From the NCBI GenBank assembly GCA_016872385.1, contig VGZV01000001.1, forward strand, positions 22,114-86,113: DNA of 64,000 nt, written 5' to 3'. This stretch comes from SAR202 cluster bacterium. Lineage in GTDB: Bacteria; Chloroflexota; Dehalococcoidia; Lucifugimonadales; UBA3495. Positions 55,315 to 64,000 of this stretch are shown piece by piece (the stretch's first letter is position 1; every line of letters begins with the position of its first letter). Both the position numbers and the translations under genes were made by a program. Below the pieces are notes generated by a model. The model was not told the origin of the DNA. It was given only the letters and a program-made list of their open reading frames with translations, and did not search any database.

Positions 55315-57033
55315 CTACACCAGGAAGAATAACTGGGCCAGGCTCAGGCGCTCCGCCGGGGGCACGGTAGCCAACTCGCCGTCTACCCGCACCTGGTAGG
55401 TGTCCGGGTTTACCTCGATGTGGGGCGTGCGGTCGTTGCGCACCATCTGGCGCTTGGTGATGGTGCGGCAGCCCAGCACCGGCGCCACCATCCGCCGCAG
55501 CCCCAGCTGCTGGTGCACCCCCAGCTCGTAGGCGCGGCGGGAGACGAAGGTGACGCAGGTGCGGGCCAGGGCTGACCCCAGCGCCCCGTACATGGGCCGG
55601 TAAAACTGCGGCTCGGCGGTGGGGATGGAGCCGTTGGGGTCGCCCATCAGCGCCCAGGCCACCATGCCACCTTTGATAATCATCTTGGGCTTGGCCCCAA
55701 AAGTGCCCACCGGCCACAGCACAATATCCGCCAGCTTGCCCGGCGTCAAAGACCCCACCAGGTGGCTGATGCCGTGGGTGATGGCTGGATTGATGGTCAA
55801 CTTGGCCAGGTAGCGCAGCACCCGGAAGTTGTCATGCTCCGCAGCGTCCTCCGGCAGCTTCCCTTTCATCTGCTTCATCTTGTCGGCAGTCTGGAACAGG
55901 CGGGTAAAGTTCTCGCCCACCCGGCCCATGGCTTGGGAGTCGGAGGAGTACATACTTATGACGCCCAGGTCGTGGAGCACATCTTCCGCGGCCATGGTCT
56001 CCGGGCGGATACGGCTCTCGGCGAAGGCCACGTCCTCGGCCACGCCGGGGTTCAGGTGGTGGCACACCATCAGCATGTCCATGTGCTCGGCCAGGGTGTT
56101 GACCGTGTAGGGCCTTGTAGGGTTGGTGGAGGAGGGCAGCACGTTCAGGTGGGCAGAGATGCGGATGATGTCCGGGGCATGGCCGCCGCCCGCACCCTCG
56201 GTGTGGTAGGTGTGGATGGTGCGGCCCGCGATGGCGGCGATGGTGTCCTCCACGAACCCAGCCTCGTTCAGGGTGTCGGTATGGATGGCCACCTGCACGT
56301 CGTGGGCGTCAGCCGCCCGCAGGCAGGCGTCAATGGCGGCGGGGGTGGTGCCCCAGTCCTCATGGAGCTTCAACCCGCAGGCCCCGGCCTCGATCTGCTC
56401 CTCCAGCGGGGAAAGTTCGCTGGCGTTGCCTTTGCCCAGCAGGCCCCAGTTGATGGGCAGCGCCTCCGCCGCCTCCAGCATCCGGTGGATGTGCCACGGG
56501 CCGGGGGTGCAGGTGGTGGCGCGGGTGCCGTCGGCGGGGCCGGTGCCGCCGCCAATGTGGGTGGTGATGCCGTTGGACAGGGCGTGGTACACCTGCTGGG
56601 GCGCAATCATGTGGATGTGGGTGTCTATGCCGCCAGGAGTGGCGATAAGGTGTTCCCCGGCGATGACTTCCGTGCCCGCGCCCACCACCAGGCTGGGGTC
56701 CACTCCGTCCATGACGCCGGGGTTGCCCGCCTTGCCGATGCCAACGATGCGGCCATCCTTGACCCCCAGGTCGGCCTTGATGATGCCCAGCAGGGGGTCC
56801 ATGACGATGACATTGGTAATCACCAGGTCCAGAGCGCCGTTGCGGTTGGTGGCGTTGGGGGACTGGCCCATGCCATCCCTGGCGGTCTTGCCGCCGCCAA
56901 AGACCAGCTCGTCGCCGGGGGTAATCAGGTCCCGCTCCACCTGGCAGATGAGGGATGTATCGGCCAGCCGGAACCGGTCCCCGGCGGTGGGGCCATAAAG
57001 CTCAGCGTAGTGGCGGCGGCTAATGCGGGCCAT
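55315..57033 (-). CDS. ureC: Urease alpha subunit
   Basis: 572 aa. [41 protein letters not shown] and other urease active-site motifs. Confidence 0.97.
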   Translation of the reverse strand: MARISRRHYAELYGPTAGDRFRLADTSLICQVERDLITPGDELVFGGGKTARDGMGQSPNATNRNGALDLVITNVIVMDPLLGIIKADLGVKDGRIVGIGKAGNPGVMDGVDPSLVVGAGTEVIAGEHLIATPGGIDTHIHMIAPQQVYHALSNGITTHIGGGTGPADGTRATTCTPGPWHIHRMLEAAEALPINWGLLGKGNASELSPLEEQIEAGACGLKLHEDWGTTPAAIDACLRAADAHDVQVAIHTDTLNEAGFVEDTIAAIAGRTIHTYHTEGAGGGHAPDIIRISAHLNVLPSSTNPTRPYTVNTLAEHMDMLMVCHHLNPGVAEDVAFAESRIRPETMAAEDVLHDLGVISMYSSDSQAMGRVGENFTRLFQTADKMKQMKGKLPEDAAEHDNFRVLRYLAKLTINPAITHGISHLVGSLTPGKLADIVLWPVGTFGAKPKMIIKGGMVAWALMGDPNGSIPTAEPQFYRPMYGALGSALARTCVTFVSRRAYELGVHQQLGLRRMVAPVLGCRTITKRQMVRNDRTPHIEVNPDTYQVRVDGELATVPPAERLSLAQLFFLV

Positions 57034-57055
57034 GCTAATTAGCTCCCTTGAGGCG

Positions 57056-57320
57056 AAAATTTCCCCAACGACCTCTTGTGAAAGGGGGGAACGCTGTAAG
57101 CTCCCTTTTGATAATGGGGTACTGGTACACTTTGCGGGCGCAGCAGAAAATGAGTTTATTCGTCACACCGGCGGAAGCCGGTGTCCAGAAATGCACGAGG
57201 CAGTTGCACGCTTCTGAATTCCGGTGCAAGCCGGAATGACGAGGCCCGAAAGGACCCAGTACCGCAAATGGGGAAGGACTTAAGCCCCCCTTTCGTAAAT
57301 GGGGGTTGGGGGGATTTCCC
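57056..57320. repeat. Composite of D-type, A-type (57119-57262) and D-type repeats filling the ureB-ureC spacer
   Basis: The 309-bp spacer between ureB (stop 57343) and ureC (start 57033) consists almost entirely of recognisable repeat copies. Confidence 0.8.
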
Positions 57321-57342
57321 GCGCCGCTAAGCAACCCGCCTT

Positions 57343-57735
57343 TCATTGCAGAGCGCCTCCGCCAAACCCCCGCTGCTCCGCCGCCGCCTGCGCCCTTGCC
57401 CGCGCCTCTGGCCCGTCCAGGCCGCCGTTGGTCAGGCCGTTCAGGCCCTGCACCCGCCGTGTGCCGCCGATGGCTACCAGGGTCACATCCTTGCGGTCCC
57501 CCGGCTCGAAGCGCACTGCCGTGCCCGCAGGGATATCCAGCCGCATCCCAAAGGCGGCGGCGCGGTCAAAACGCAGCGCCCGGTTGACCTCAAAGAAGTG
57601 GAAGTGGGAACCCACCTGCACTGCCCGGTCGCCGGTGTTCCACACGCTGAGGCTCACCGTGGGCCGGCCTGAGTTAAGCTCTATCGTGCCCTGGTCGGGA
57701 AGGTAGTTGGCGGTTTCACCGGACATAAGCATCAC
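57343..57735 (-). CDS. ureB: Urease beta subunit
   Basis: [39 protein letters not shown] 57726 is the likelier start (an AGGTGA SD lies 6 nt upstream). Confidence 0.93.
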   Translation of the reverse strand: MMLMSGETANYLPDQGTIELNSGRPTVSLSVWNTGDRAVQVGSHFHFFEVNRALRFDRAAAFGMRLDIPAGTAVRFEPGDRKDVTLVAIGGTRRVQGLNGLTNGGLDGPEARARAQAAAEQRGFGGGALQ

Positions 57736-57785
57736 CTAACAGTGAGAGTCGTCCTTACGAGCGACATCCCGAATTTGCATCGAAA

Positions 57786-57873
57786 GCACCGGCTTAAGGT
57801 AGTTAGCGCATCGTTCTGGCGAAAGCCGGAACCCAGAGCGGCAACTGGATTCCAGCTTTCGCTGGAATGACGG
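57786..57873. repeat. A-type repeat in the ureA-ureB spacer
   Basis: GCACCGGCTTAAGG...CTGGCGAAAGCCGGAACCCAG...CTGGATTCCAGCTTTCGCTGGAATGACGG. Confidence 0.75.
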
Positions 57874-57953
57874 GGCCATACTAGGGTGGCTCCTCTGCCT
57901 AAAAATCTGGCTGAAAATTCGGAATGATTTATGGACAAAGGTGGTGGCAGTCC

Positions 57954-58256
57954 CTACACAATCGGGTCGTGGCAGGAGACCAGCTTGGTGCCGTCGGGAA
58001 AAGTGGCCTCCACCTGTACCAGGGGCACCAGGTCCGGCACCCCTTCCATGACCTCTTCCCGCGTCAACACCTGGCGGCCCAGCTCCATCACCTGGGCCAC
58101 GGTCTTGCCGTCCCGCGCGCCCTCCAGCATGGCCTCAGTAATCAAGGCCACCGATTCCGGCACGTTGAGCTTGAGGCCTCGCGCTTTGCGCCTGCGAGCC
58201 ACCTCCGCCGCCACGTACACCAGCAGCTTTTCCGATTCCCGGGGAGTCAGCATCAT
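57954..58256 (-). CDS. ureA: Urease gamma subunit
   Basis: [31 protein letters not shown]...100 aa. Confidence 0.95.
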   Translation of the reverse strand: MMLTPRESEKLLVYVAAEVARRRKARGLKLNVPESVALITEAMLEGARDGKTVAQVMELGRQVLTREEVMEGVPDLVPLVQVEATFPDGTKLVSCHDPIV

Positions 58257-58385
58257 TGCAGCACCCGCCGCCGTGAATGTATTTGCGCCATGATTATATT
58301 ACGTATTCGGCCTTCTGCGGGGCTTGACCCAAGGCGGTCATTCATCCCCCTCGCCCAATTAGCGAGCCTTGCCCGAAAAATCATT

Positions 58386-58462
58386 GTCGCACCGGCGAAA
58401 GCCGGTGCCCAGACTCTCTGTGAAGTTGCGGCTACTGGGTTCCGGCTTCCGCCGGAACGACG
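58386..58462. repeat. A-type repeat upstream of ureA
   Basis: GTCGCACCGGCGAAAGCCGGTGCCCAG...CTGGGTTCCGGCTTCCGCCGGAACGACG. Confidence 0.75.
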
Positions 58463-58528
58463 TTCTATCCCTCGGCGATATTCGGATAACCCCCGCTGGG
58501 CGGGAGAATGGGATTTAGAGCCTATCCT

Positions 58529-58617
58529 AATAACCGCAGAGAGGGTAAAGAACGCAGAGAGTTTGTATTGGATTTCTTTTAACTCGGCGTTCTCCGCGTA
58601 CTTGGCGGTAAGTTTTT
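58529..58617. repeat. E-type repeat between glnA and ureA
   Basis: AATAACCGCAGAGAGGGTAAAGAACGCAGAGAGTTTGTATTGGATT...CTCGGCGTTCTCCGCGTACTTGGCGGTAAGTTTTT. Reverse complement of 29786-29872. Confidence 0.8.
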
Positions 58618-58650
58618 AGGATAGGCACTTAGGGGGTGGGGGTAATCCTC

Positions 58651-59985
58651 CTAAAGCACCGGCAAGTACCGGGAAATTTCGTAGTCGGTCACGGTGGAGC
58701 GGTAATCCTCCCACTCCAGTTTTTTATTCTGCAGGAAGCTGGTGAAGATATGGTCGCCCAGGGCGTCATGCACCAACTCACTGCGCTCGGCCAGGATAAT
58801 GGCCTCGCCCAGGCTGCCGGGCAGCTGGCCGATGCCCAGGGACTGCCGCCGCTGGGGTGTCATTTCAAAAACGCTGCCCGTCAGGGGCGGCAGCACCGGG
58901 TAATTTTCCTGTATGCCTTTCATTCCTGCCGCCAGCATTGCGCTGAATGCCAGGTAGGGGTTGCAGGCCGGGTCCGGCGCCCGGTACTCCAGCCGGATGG
59001 AGTCCTCAAAACCGGGCTTGTAGTCCGGGACCCGCACCAGGTCAGACCGGCTCAAGTAGCTCCAGGATGCGTAAACTGGGGCTTCGTGCCCCGGCACCAG
59101 GCGCTTGTAGGAGTTAATCCACTGGTTGGTCACCAGCGTGATTTCCGGGGCGTGGCGCAGCAGACCGGCAATAAACTGCTTGGCAGATCGGGAAAGGTAG
59201 TGGTCATCGTCGTTGTCAAAAAAGGCGTTCCGGCCCTCTTTAAACAGCGATTGGTGGAAGTGCATTCCGGAGCCGTTGATGCCAGAGATGGGCTTGGGCA
59301 TAAAGGAGGCATACGCTCCTTGAATCTGGGCCAGCTCTTTAATGACCAGCTTGGCGGTCATCAGGTTATCCGCCATGGTGAGGGCATCGGCGTACTCCAG
59401 GTCAATTTCGTGTTGGCTGGGGGCGTCCTCATGGTGGGAGTATTTCACCGAAATGCCCATCTCGGCCAGGTTCAGCACGGTGTCTCGCCGCAGGTCGCTG
59501 GCGGGATAGGTGGAAAGCTGGTCGAAATAGCCGGAGTGGTCCAGCAGTTCCGGCTTCTCCGAGCTTTTCATGTAGAAAAATTCCAGTTCCGTGCCGATGT
59601 TGTAGGTGAAGCCCAAACGCACCAGCTTTTCCAGGTTGCGCTTGAGCACGTAGCGCGGGTCCCCGGCGAAGGGTTCACCCCGGGGGCGGCGGATATCGCA
59701 GAACATGCGGGCCACCGCGTTTTGCTTGGGACGCCAGGGCAGCAAGGTGAAAGTGGCTGGGTCCGGAAAGGCCCGCATATCACTTTCGTGGGAGCGGGCA
59801 AAGCCGTCAATGGCTGAACCGTCAAAGCCCACGCCTAGCTCCAGGGCTTCCTCCAGGTCGTCCACGTTGATGGCGAAACCTTTCAGGTGGCCCAGAATGT
59901 CGGTGAACCAGAGGCGGACGAATTTTACGTCCTTCTCCCTGGCTAGCCTCACCACCCAGTCCCGGTCTTTTGTCTCTGTAGTCAT
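58651..59985 (-). CDS. glnA: Glutamine synthetase, type I
   Basis: 444 aa. VKFVRLWFTDILGHLKGFAI, GFDGSAIDGF, MPKPISGINGSGMHFHQSL. Confidence 0.95.
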   Translation of the reverse strand: MTTETKDRDWVVRLAREKDVKFVRLWFTDILGHLKGFAINVDDLEEALELGVGFDGSAIDGFARSHESDMRAFPDPATFTLLPWRPKQNAVARMFCDIRRPRGEPFAGDPRYVLKRNLEKLVRLGFTYNIGTELEFFYMKSSEKPELLDHSGYFDQLSTYPASDLRRDTVLNLAEMGISVKYSHHEDAPSQHEIDLEYADALTMADNLMTAKLVIKELAQIQGAYASFMPKPISGINGSGMHFHQSLFKEGRNAFFDNDDDHYLSRSAKQFIAGLLRHAPEITLVTNQWINSYKRLVPGHEAPVYASWSYLSRSDLVRVPDYKPGFEDSIRLEYRAPDPACNPYLAFSAMLAAGMKGIQENYPVLPPLTGSVFEMTPQRRQSLGIGQLPGSLGEAIILAERSELVHDALGDHIFTSFLQNKKLEWEDYRSTVTDYEISRYLPVL

Positions 59986-60035
59986 GTTTATTACTCCCTA
60001 TTGCCCAGTTAAATTAGGTTAAGCAGCAAAAGAGC

Positions 60036-60215
60036 TTCAATTAGGAGAACGTCATTCCGGCGGAAGCCGGAATCCAATAGAATGCATCAACCACTTTTGT
60101 ATCAGGACACCGCCGAAAGCCAGTGTGATGAGCCGAGTTCTTAAGCAAATTGATTCACTACACTTATTTCAAGAACCTTACTTTCTCTGGGCACCGGCCT
60201 TCGCCGGTGCGACGG
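60036..60215. repeat. A-type element (inverted, 60036-60161) plus a solo A-type hairpin (60187-60215)
   Basis: GTCATTCCGGCGGAAGCCGGAATCC...GGACACCGCCGAAAGCCAGTGTGA...CTTAAGCAAATTGATTCACTAC, then GGCACCGGCCTTCGCCGGTGCGAC. Confidence 0.75.
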
Positions 60216-60224
60216 TCAGATACC

Positions 60225-60935
60225 CTACACGGCCAGGTACTCCCGCACCATATTCTGGTCCAGGTACTTGGCAGTTCCTTCCAGGACTATGGACCCCTTC
60301 TCCATCACATAGCAGTAGTCGGCTACGCTCAAGGCAAAGTCCAGGAATTGCTCCACCAGCAAAATGGTAGTGCTGCCCGTGTTGCCCAGTTCCTGGAGCA
60401 GCGCCTCAATCTCCTGGACTATGGAGGGCTGGATGCCTTCAGTAGGTTCATCCAGCAGCAAGAGCTTGGGACGGCGCACCAGGGCGCGGGCCAGGGCCAG
60501 CTGCTGCTGCTGGCCGCCGCTGAGCGTGCCGCCGATTTTCCTGGGGTTTACTTTGAGGGCGGGGAACAGCTGGTACATCTCGTCCACCGCTTCCAGGCCG
60601 CGCTGTTTGCTGGGCACCGGCTCTAGGCCCATGAGCAGGTTTTCGTGAATGGTCAGGTATGGGAAGATGTCCCGGCCCTGGGGCACGTAGCTAATGCCGG
60701 CCCTGGCCCGCTTGTAGGTTGGCCAGCCCGTCACGTCCTGGTCCTGGAAGGTCACCTGTCCCTGGCGGGGGCGCAGCAAGCCCATGATGGACTTGAGCAG
60801 GGTGGTCTTGCCCACGCCATTGCGGCCCATAAGGCACACCACGCCGTGCTGGGGAATGGCCATATTCACTTGGGACAGCACTACGCTCTCCCCGTAAGCC
60901 ACTGATAAGGACTGGATTTCCAGCATCTGGTCCAT
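60225..60935 (-). CDS. urtE: Urea ABC transporter ATP-binding subunit UrtE
   Basis: Walker A GRNGVGKTT and LSGGQQQQL. Position and size (236 aa) follow UrtD. Confidence 0.88.
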   Translation of the reverse strand: MDQMLEIQSLSVAYGESVVLSQVNMAIPQHGVVCLMGRNGVGKTTLLKSIMGLLRPRQGQVTFQDQDVTGWPTYKRARAGISYVPQGRDIFPYLTIHENLLMGLEPVPSKQRGLEAVDEMYQLFPALKVNPRKIGGTLSGGQQQQLALARALVRRPKLLLLDEPTEGIQPSIVQEIEALLQELGNTGSTTILLVEQFLDFALSVADYCYVMEKGSIVLEGTAKYLDQNMVREYLAV

Positions 60936-60938
60936 GTT

Positions 60939-61844
60939 TTAAGCGGTGGCTGAGGCGGAACTTCTGTGGCTGCTGGCGAGACTGGTACTGCTGGTCCCGG
61001 CAGCAGGTTCGGGCTCGCCCTCGGCCTTTACCGGGCGCTGTTTGCCGTGGCCCAGGTATGCCTTGATGACCTGGGGGTCTTGCTGCACGTCCTCCATAGA
61101 ACCTTCGCTGAGCACCTTGCCCATGTGCATCACCGTCACCTTGCGGGCCAGTTGACGCACGAATTGCATGTCGTGCTCCACCACCAGCACCGACCGGTCC
61201 TGGACAATGCGCTGCAACAGTTCGCCGGTGCGGTCCCGCTCCCGCCGGGTCATGCCCGCCACCGGCTCGTCCAGCAGCAGCAGTTTGGGGTCTTGCACCA
61301 GCAGCATCCCAATCTCCAGCCACTGTTTCTGCCCGTGGGACAGCGTGCCAGCCCGCTGGTTAACCTGTTCGGTCAGGCTTACCTGTTCCAAAGTTGCGCC
61401 GATGCGGTCGGCATCTTGAGCACCCAAGGATTTGAGCTGCGCCCCCAAGGAACTGCGGAATCCCAGGGCTACCTCCAGGTTCTGGAACACCGACAGGCTG
61501 CCGAATACAGATGGGGTTTGGAACTTGCGCCCAATTCCCAGGCGCACCAGGTCATGCTCCTGCCTGCGGGCCAGGTCAATCCAGCCGTCAAAAATTACGC
61601 GGCCCCGGCTGGGCTTGGTCTTGCCTGTAATTACGTCTATCAAGGTGGTCTTGCCAGCCCCGTTGGGGCCGATGAGGAACCGCATCTCTCCCCGGTCCAG
61701 GCTGAAATCCAGGGCGTCCAGCACAGTGAAGCCGTCAAAGCTCACCGTCAGCTTCTCTGCCGATAGGATGGGCCCGCTGCCCGCTGGGGATGCGCGGACG
61801 GCTGAAGGGCTGCTACTGGGCTTTTTGGGGAATATACTGATCAT
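60939..61844 (-). CDS. urtD: Urea ABC transporter ATP-binding subunit UrtD
   Basis: GPNGAGKTTLIDVITGKTKP, LSHGQKQWLEIG. ATG 61844 is preceded by an AGGAG SD. Confidence 0.88.
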   Translation of the reverse strand: MISIFPKKPSSSPSAVRASPAGSGPILSAEKLTVSFDGFTVLDALDFSLDRGEMRFLIGPNGAGKTTLIDVITGKTKPSRGRVIFDGWIDLARRQEHDLVRLGIGRKFQTPSVFGSLSVFQNLEVALGFRSSLGAQLKSLGAQDADRIGATLEQVSLTEQVNQRAGTLSHGQKQWLEIGMLLVQDPKLLLLDEPVAGMTRRERDRTGELLQRIVQDRSVLVVEHDMQFVRQLARKVTVMHMGKVLSEGSMEDVQQDPQVIKAYLGHGKQRPVKAEGEPEPAAGTSSTSLASSHRSSASATA

Positions 61845-61958
61845 TCCGTCTCCTGTGGGATTGGCTCCGGCAGGCCGGCACCGATTTTTTAGGTAACACC
61901 CCAAATAGTATTGGCGGATCAAAAGCCTGTTCTAAAACGCCATTAATACTTCCACGCA

Positions 61959-62035
61959 CCCTTCGACAAGCTCAGGGTGAGCGGGTTTTTTCCGCTCGTG
62001 GTGAGCTTGTCGAACCAGGAGCGGGCACTTTTAAC
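61959..62035. repeat. C-type repeat overlapping the urtC 3' end
   Basis: CCCTTCGACAAGCTCAGGGTGAGCGGGTTTTTTCCGCTCGTGGTGAGCTTGTCGAACCAGGAGCGGGC. The urtC stop (61972-61974) lies inside it. Confidence 0.8.
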
Positions 62036-63174
62036 ATGCCGCCTTGTTGCGAATCGGCCAGTTTCTTTCTGCCCAAGGCTGCCCGTACCTGTCCCAGCCA
62101 TCCCCAGCGGGGCCGCCAGCCTTCCCCGCGGAACAAGCCCATAATGCCGCCAGGGAAGACCAGCACCGCCCCTACAAACAAGGCGCCCAGGAAGTACTGC
62201 CAGATGTCAGGGAATGACTCGCTCAGCAGGCTTTTAGCGCCGTTGACCACAATGGCTCCCAGCACTGCTCCCATCAGCACGCCGCGGCCTCCTACGGCAA
62301 CCCAGATGGCTATTTCCACCGAGGGTACGATGCCCATCATGGAAGGTGATACTATGCCTACCTGGGGCACGAACAGCGCCCCGGCAATTCCTGCCAGCCC
62401 GGCAGAAAGGGTGAACACCAGGGTTTTGAGAATGGCCGGGTTGTAGCCCGAAAACCGCACCCGGTTCTCATCATCGCGCATGGCCACTAGCAGCCGTCCC
62501 AGCCGGGAAGAAATTATCCAGTGGCACAGCAAGTAGGTCAGTGCCAGGGCCGCCACGGTAACGTAGTACAGGGCCAACTGGGTGCCTGGCCTGGAAATGG
62601 GAAATCCGAAGATGGCGCTGAAGTTGGTTATGCCGTTGGTGCCTCCGGTGTAGGGCTGTTGTCCCACAAAGAGGATGCTGACAATCAGGGCCAGGGCCTG
62701 GGTTATCAGGGCAAAGTACACACCGGTGATGCGGCTGCGAAACACCAGGTAACCCAGGCCTCCCGCCAGCGCGGCAGGAATGATGAATATCATGGGCAAG
62801 GCAAACCAGGGATGCCGGAAAGGCTCCCAGAAGAAAGGCAGTTCCCGAAGGCCGCTCCAGAACATAAAGTCCGGCAGCTTGCCCCCGGCGGCTTCCAGTT
62901 TCAAGTACATGGCAAAGGAGTACCCTCCCAGGCCAAAGAACACGCCGTGGCCCAGGCTGAGCATCCCCGCATAACCCCAGATTAGGTTCAGGGACAGGGC
63001 CAGTATGGCAAAGGTCATGAACTTGCCCAGGAGCCCCATGCGGAAGCCGGAAAGCACCGCCGGGGCCAGCAGCAGCGCCAGCAGCGCCAGCGCCGGGAAA
63101 GCCCACTGGGCCAGCCACGGCTTGCGCAGGCCAGGCTGGAAGAAAGTCCGAAGTACGCCCAATCCTCTTATCAT
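61972..63174 (-). CDS. urtC: Urea ABC transporter permease UrtC (C-terminal ~20 codons supplied by a repeat element)
   Basis: 400 aa. [24 protein letters not shown] branched-chain-type permease motifs. Operon context. Confidence 0.88.
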   Translation of the reverse strand: MIRGLGVLRTFFQPGLRKPWLAQWAFPALALLALLLAPAVLSGFRMGLLGKFMTFAILALSLNLIWGYAGMLSLGHGVFFGLGGYSFAMYLKLEAAGGKLPDFMFWSGLRELPFFWEPFRHPWFALPMIFIIPAALAGGLGYLVFRSRITGVYFALITQALALIVSILFVGQQPYTGGTNGITNFSAIFGFPISRPGTQLALYYVTVAALALTYLLCHWIISSRLGRLLVAMRDDENRVRFSGYNPAILKTLVFTLSAGLAGIAGALFVPQVGIVSPSMMGIVPSVEIAIWVAVGGRGVLMGAVLGAIVVNGAKSLLSESFPDIWQYFLGALFVGAVLVFPGGIMGLFRGEGWRPRWGWLGQVRAALGRKKLADSQQGGMLKVPAPGSTSSPRAEKTRSP

Positions 63175-63187
63175 GGCAAGGCCTGTT

Positions 63188-64000
63188 CTACCGGGTCCGC
63201 AGCCGCATTAGACCCGCAGGCTTCCATTGCAGGAAAAGAATCACCATGACAAAGACCAGCACTTTGCCCACCACCGCCGTGGTGCCGAATTCAAATATCG
63301 TGTTAAGCATTCCAATTATGAATGCGGCCATAATGGTGCCCGGTATTTGCCCCAGGCCGCCCAGAATCACTACTATAAAGGCATCCACTACATAAAAGGT
63401 GCCCAGCGACGGACCAATGGGGCCGATTAGCGTCAGCGCCCATCCTGCAATGCCCGCCAGTCCAGCTCCCAGGGCAAAAGTCAGGCTGTCCACCCGCCGG
63501 GTGGACACGCCCAGGCTGGAGGCCATATCCCGGTTCTGCATCACGGCCCGCATCCGGCGGCCTTCGCTGGATCGGTACATGTACCAGTAAATGCCTGCCA
63601 GGCACACCAGCACCACCAGGATAATGAAGAGCCGCTTCATGGGCAGCACCAGGTCGCTGCCCAGGGCCACGCCGCCGGAAAGCCATTGGGGGGCCACCAC
63701 CTGCACGTTGGGCGCGCCGAAGATAGACCGGGCCAGTTGCTGCAAAATCAAGCCTACTCCCCACGTAGCCAGCAAAGTGTCCAGGGGGCGGCGGTATAGA
63801 AACCGGATTAGGGACCGCTCCACCAGGAATCCCACTGCCCCGGTAACGATAAAAGCCAGAGGTATGGCGATTAGAAATGTTACTTCCGAGGAAGGTCCGC
63901 CGGTAAGGGCGCTGGCGGCAATCTGCAGGGCGTAGGTGGTATAAGCGCCAATCATGATGAACTCGCCGTGGGCCAGGTTGATGACGTTCATCAAGCCGAA
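63188..64000 (-). CDS. urtB: Urea ABC transporter permease UrtB (5' end beyond the window)
   Basis: [20 protein letters not shown]... The ORF is open to the window edge. It lies upstream of urtC on the same strand. Confidence 0.85.
   Translation of the reverse strand, partial: FGLMNVINLAHGEFIMIGAYTTYALQIAASALTGGPSSEVTFLIAIPLAFIVTGAVGFLVERSLIRFLYRRPLDTLLATWGVGLILQQLARSIFGAPNVQVVAPQWLSGGVALGSDLVLPMKRLFIILVVLVCLAGIYWYMYRSSEGRRMRAVMQNRDMASSLGVSTRRVDSLTFALGAGLAGIAGWALTLIGPIGPSLGTFYVVDAFIVVILGGLGQIPGTIMAAFIIGMLNTIFEFGTTAVVGKVLVFVMVILFLQWKPAGLMRLRTR

Overview
High-GC (about 60%) bacterial chromosomal window with about 55 protein genes, one tRNA-Pro(GGG) and no rRNA or CRISPR. The taxon cannot be fixed from sequence alone; gene content and repeat types weakly suggest a Chloroflexota-like organism.

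Gene content, left to right:
- 1-19 kb: mixed enzyme genes (candidate UGSC-like selenoprotein, VOC, MmgE/PrpD, M24 peptidase, BNR-repeat protein, two family III CoA-transferases, amidohydrolase, FAD/BBE oxidase, alpha/beta hydrolase, LLM oxidoreductase) plus a zinc-ribbon/DEAD-box helicase pair.
- 19-30 kb: tRNA-Pro, an orphan peptide/nickel-type SBP, a roughly 970-aa secreted multi-repeat protein, a bicupin, and a Fur-family regulator with a metal ABC importer.
- 30-34 kb: nitrate/nitrite assimilation cluster made of PII-like, sulfite-oxidase-fold Mo protein, NarK, NirA and a second PII-like gene.
- 34-52 kb: metallophosphoesterase-PKD protein, enolase-superfamily enzyme, msrA, phosphotriesterase-like protein, a VHL-beta-domain protein, gamma-CA, an RND efflux pair, and TrkH/TrkA.
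- 52-64 kb: nitrogen-scavenging block ureABCFGD, glnA, urtBCDE.

Main observations:
1. The nitrate cluster has no NarB/NasA. A small cytoplasmic SUOX-fold Mo protein is translationally coupled to the nitrate porter and bracketed by two atypical PII proteins.
2. An in-frame TGA at 75-77 gives a U-G-G-C motif and is followed by a SECIS-like hairpin.
3. At least seven families of MITE-like palindromic repeats (35 or more copies) fill most intergenic spacers. Two are nested insertions with 3-bp TSDs. Copies sit in every junction of the urease operon and are translated into the 5' ends of ureF and possibly ureD and the 3' end of urtC.
4. Single-nucleotide indels in G/C runs, two in-frame TAGs and several truncated genes disrupt about 11 genes. 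This is either real gene decay or homopolymer sequencing error.
5. Helically phased direct repeats lie upstream of the nitrate cluster and of the big secreted protein.
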